A stretch of 63,791 nt of DNA, the filler included, from Lama guanicoe (taxonomy: Eukaryota), in assembly GCA_013239625.1 (NCBI GenBank). It is 196 parts of 196 records of this genome, joined end to end, with 100 filler letters (N's around TTAATTAATTAA, not from the genome) between each part and the next. Parts side by side here need not be neighbours in the genome. Positions count along the whole stretch, not along the records: positions 61,936 to 62,161 come from PNXV01042461.1; positions 62,262 to 62,487 come from PNXV01042462.1; positions 62,588 to 62,813 come from PNXV01042463.1; positions 62,914 to 63,139 come from PNXV01042464.1; positions 63,240 to 63,465 come from PNXV01042465.1; positions 63,566 to 63,791 come from PNXV01042466.1; 190 more parts are not named here. One strand, 5' to 3'. Position 1 is the first letter of the stretch; every line of letters begins with the position of its first letter. A program made the translations under genes and the position numbers. The notes below the pieces were generated by a model that was not told the origin of the DNA, did not search any database, and was given only the letters and a program-made list of their open reading frames with translations. Shown piece after piece: positions 61,836-63,791 of the stretch.

Positions 61836-63239
61836 NNNNNNNNNNNNNNNNNNNNNNNNNNNNNNNNNNNNNNNNNNNNTTAATTAATTAANNNNNNNNN
61901 NNNNNNNNNNNNNNNNNNNNNNNNNNNNNNNNNNNTGTTGAGTACAGGAACTGTAAATCTATTGCCCAATCATAACATTTTTGAGCTACATTTAAGTAGA
62001 GGAAGACTGCTAAGCTGGGCAAAACAAATGACAAGGGGACGGCGGTCTGTGAGATTCAATTCAGGGGAAAGATACAAGATTGATTGTAAAACCCTTGAAA
62101 TGCAGGTTTCTCGTAGATGCATTCTTCATCTGTTACACATGGGAAGTCATGTGTAACAGAGNNNNNNNNNNNNNNNNNNNNNNNNNNNNNNNNNNNNNNN
62201 NNNNNTTAATTAATTAANNNNNNNNNNNNNNNNNNNNNNNNNNNNNNNNNNNNNNNNNNNNGGGCAGGAGTCACATGGGGGTGCTGCGGACCCTGCCCTC
62301 CTCCTCTGGGATGTTCTCATAGGCATTCTCATGCTCACTGGACCTGAAAGAGGATGACAGAGGTCATTGCACCTTCCACCCCATCCCCTTCTGCTTGCCC
62401 CATCCTGCACTTGGGAGGGCATTGTCCCCTGACCACATCTGATCTTCTGTACCTGAGGCCAGAGGCCTCTCAGCATCACCTCCCTGANNNNNNNNNNNNN
62501 NNNNNNNNNNNNNNNNNNNNNNNNNNNNNNNTTAATTAATTAANNNNNNNNNNNNNNNNNNNNNNNNNNNNNNNNNNNNNNNNNNNNTGATCCCATTAGG
62601 CTCTCATAATCAATGTGCATCTCAGCTTTTCTGGTCTTGCAGAAGCAAGCAGTTTGAGGCTATCCAATGAGCCATTAATCATCTGTCCCTAGATTATGGG
62701 GCCCGGGTGTGGTGCTGGTCGTGAGATGGGGGAAGAATGGGCGGCTGATCTCTTTTTCTTACTAAGGAAAACTGGGAAAACTTAGATCAGGAGCAGTTGC
62801 TGGTTCATCCCCTNNNNNNNNNNNNNNNNNNNNNNNNNNNNNNNNNNNNNNNNNNNNTTAATTAATTAANNNNNNNNNNNNNNNNNNNNNNNNNNNNNNN
62901 NNNNNNNNNNNNNAACCAATATGCATATACGTCAGTGGTTCAGCATGAATCCCGAACACGCACGGTCTATTCTGGTTCTTTTGATGAAATTCCTCTCTCT
63001 GATAATTGGTCTCTCTTCAGTGTCTAAGACAGAGACAAACTGGGCTGCAGCATTGGCAGTGGGCGCCAGCGTGGCCGTGAAAGCCTGGACGAGGGAAGGT
63101 ACTCGGTCGCCCCGGGTTTTGTAATTTAATCCTGTGTTTNNNNNNNNNNNNNNNNNNNNNNNNNNNNNNNNNNNNNNNNNNNNTTAATTAATTAANNNNN
63201 NNNNNNNNNNNNNNNNNNNNNNNNNNNNNNNNNNNNNNN

Positions 63240-63465
63240 TATGTACCTAGAAAACAACAAAATCTAATAGGAAACTAATAAGACTTAACAAGAACATTTA
63301 GTAACTTTGATAAAGAAAGAATATATTCAAACAAATCAATTGACAATATTTTAGTTAACAATAAGATCCTGGAAATCAAAACAATCATTATGACTGCCAA
63401 GGAATATATCCCATTATGGGTTCAATGTATTACATCATAAAAATACCAATTTGCTCACTATTAAT
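63240..63465 (+). mobile_element. Highly degraded old L1 ORF2 fragment
   Basis: A-rich; tatgtacctagaaaac...gaaactaataaga...aaatcaattg resembles the post-FADD region. Confidence 0.5.
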
Positions 63466-63617
63466 NNNNNNNNNNNNNNNNNNNNNNNNNNNNNNNNNNN
63501 NNNNNNNNNTTAATTAATTAANNNNNNNNNNNNNNNNNNNNNNNNNNNNNNNNNNNNNNNNNNNNCCCCCAGAGAGACAGGGGGCTGCGGAAGGGGCCCT
63601 GGCAAGGGGTCAGAATA

Positions 63618-63690
63618 GGATCCGAGGTCAAGTCCAGTCTCTGTGACTTTGGACAATTCATTTAACCTTCCTGGTTTCCTCAAATGAGGA
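63618..63690 (+). mobile_element. MIR fragment
   Basis: caagtccagtctctgtgactttggacaattcatttaacctt...gtttcctc. Confidence 0.6.
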
Positions 63691-63791
63691 GAAGGCTGGA
63701 GAGCATCCTCGCTCAGCTGTGAAGATGATCCACTTCCAGTCAGGGGTGGGGACTTGAGCGGGTCCAGGAAGACATTACCGTGTGAAGTCCT

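Larger units (their letters stand above)
227..63565. other. Artificial contig-joining linker N44-TTAATTAATTAA-N44, 195 copies, period 326 bp (first 227-326, last 63466-63565)
   Basis: Invariant 100-bp spacer between unrelated fragments. The palindromic 12-mer carries TAA in all six frames. Core starts at 271, 597, 923 ... 63510. Confidence 0.99.

Noticed and set aside
271..62539. Family of small proteins sharing X..X-LIN or X..X-N C-termini
   Set aside because: These come from read-through of Ns into TTA ATT AAT TAA. Most fall below 60 aa without the Xs, and many start at GTG/TTG.
7498..63465. One complete L1 or a novel RT/endonuclease system built from the EN, RT and C-terminal pieces
   Set aside because: The pieces are on independent contigs, on both strands, out of order, of different ages and mostly disrupted.
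271..63521. Periodic PacI sites or homeodomain TAAT motifs
   Set aside because: They occur in the artificial linker, so they are not genomic sequence.
227..63565. CRISPR-like or other regularly interspaced array (palindromic repeat plus constant-length unique spacers)
   Set aside because: The repeat is a 12-mer embedded in N runs and is a synthetic six-frame stop linker. The spacers are 226-bp mammalian DNA, and there are no cas genes.

Overview
This window is not a contiguous locus. It is an artificial pseudo-scaffold of 196 short mammalian contigs (191 of 226 bp, 5 of 225 bp; about 44.3 kb of real sequence). They are joined by 195 identical 100-bp linkers, N44-TTAATTAATTAA-N44, whose core puts stop codons in all six frames. 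Neighbouring fragments are unrelated, so no operon or system can be inferred from gene order, and most ORF-track entries (ending in X..X, N or LIN) are linker artefacts. The content is typical placental-mammal DNA: L1, L2, MIR, MaLR/ERV LTRs, hAT relics, microsatellites and CpG-island pieces. A tRNA-derived vic-1-like SINE points to a camelid. Recognisable genic pieces are an OPN4 (melanopsin) exon end, the MAPK1 promoter/5'UTR, and a stop-free 75-codon betaretrovirus-like env SU fragment that the ORF track missed. A pair of near-identical fragments looks like the two arms of a de Bruijn bubble (k about 49-50). Family and gene assignments come from recalled motifs, not database searches. I cannot support a novel biological system here.
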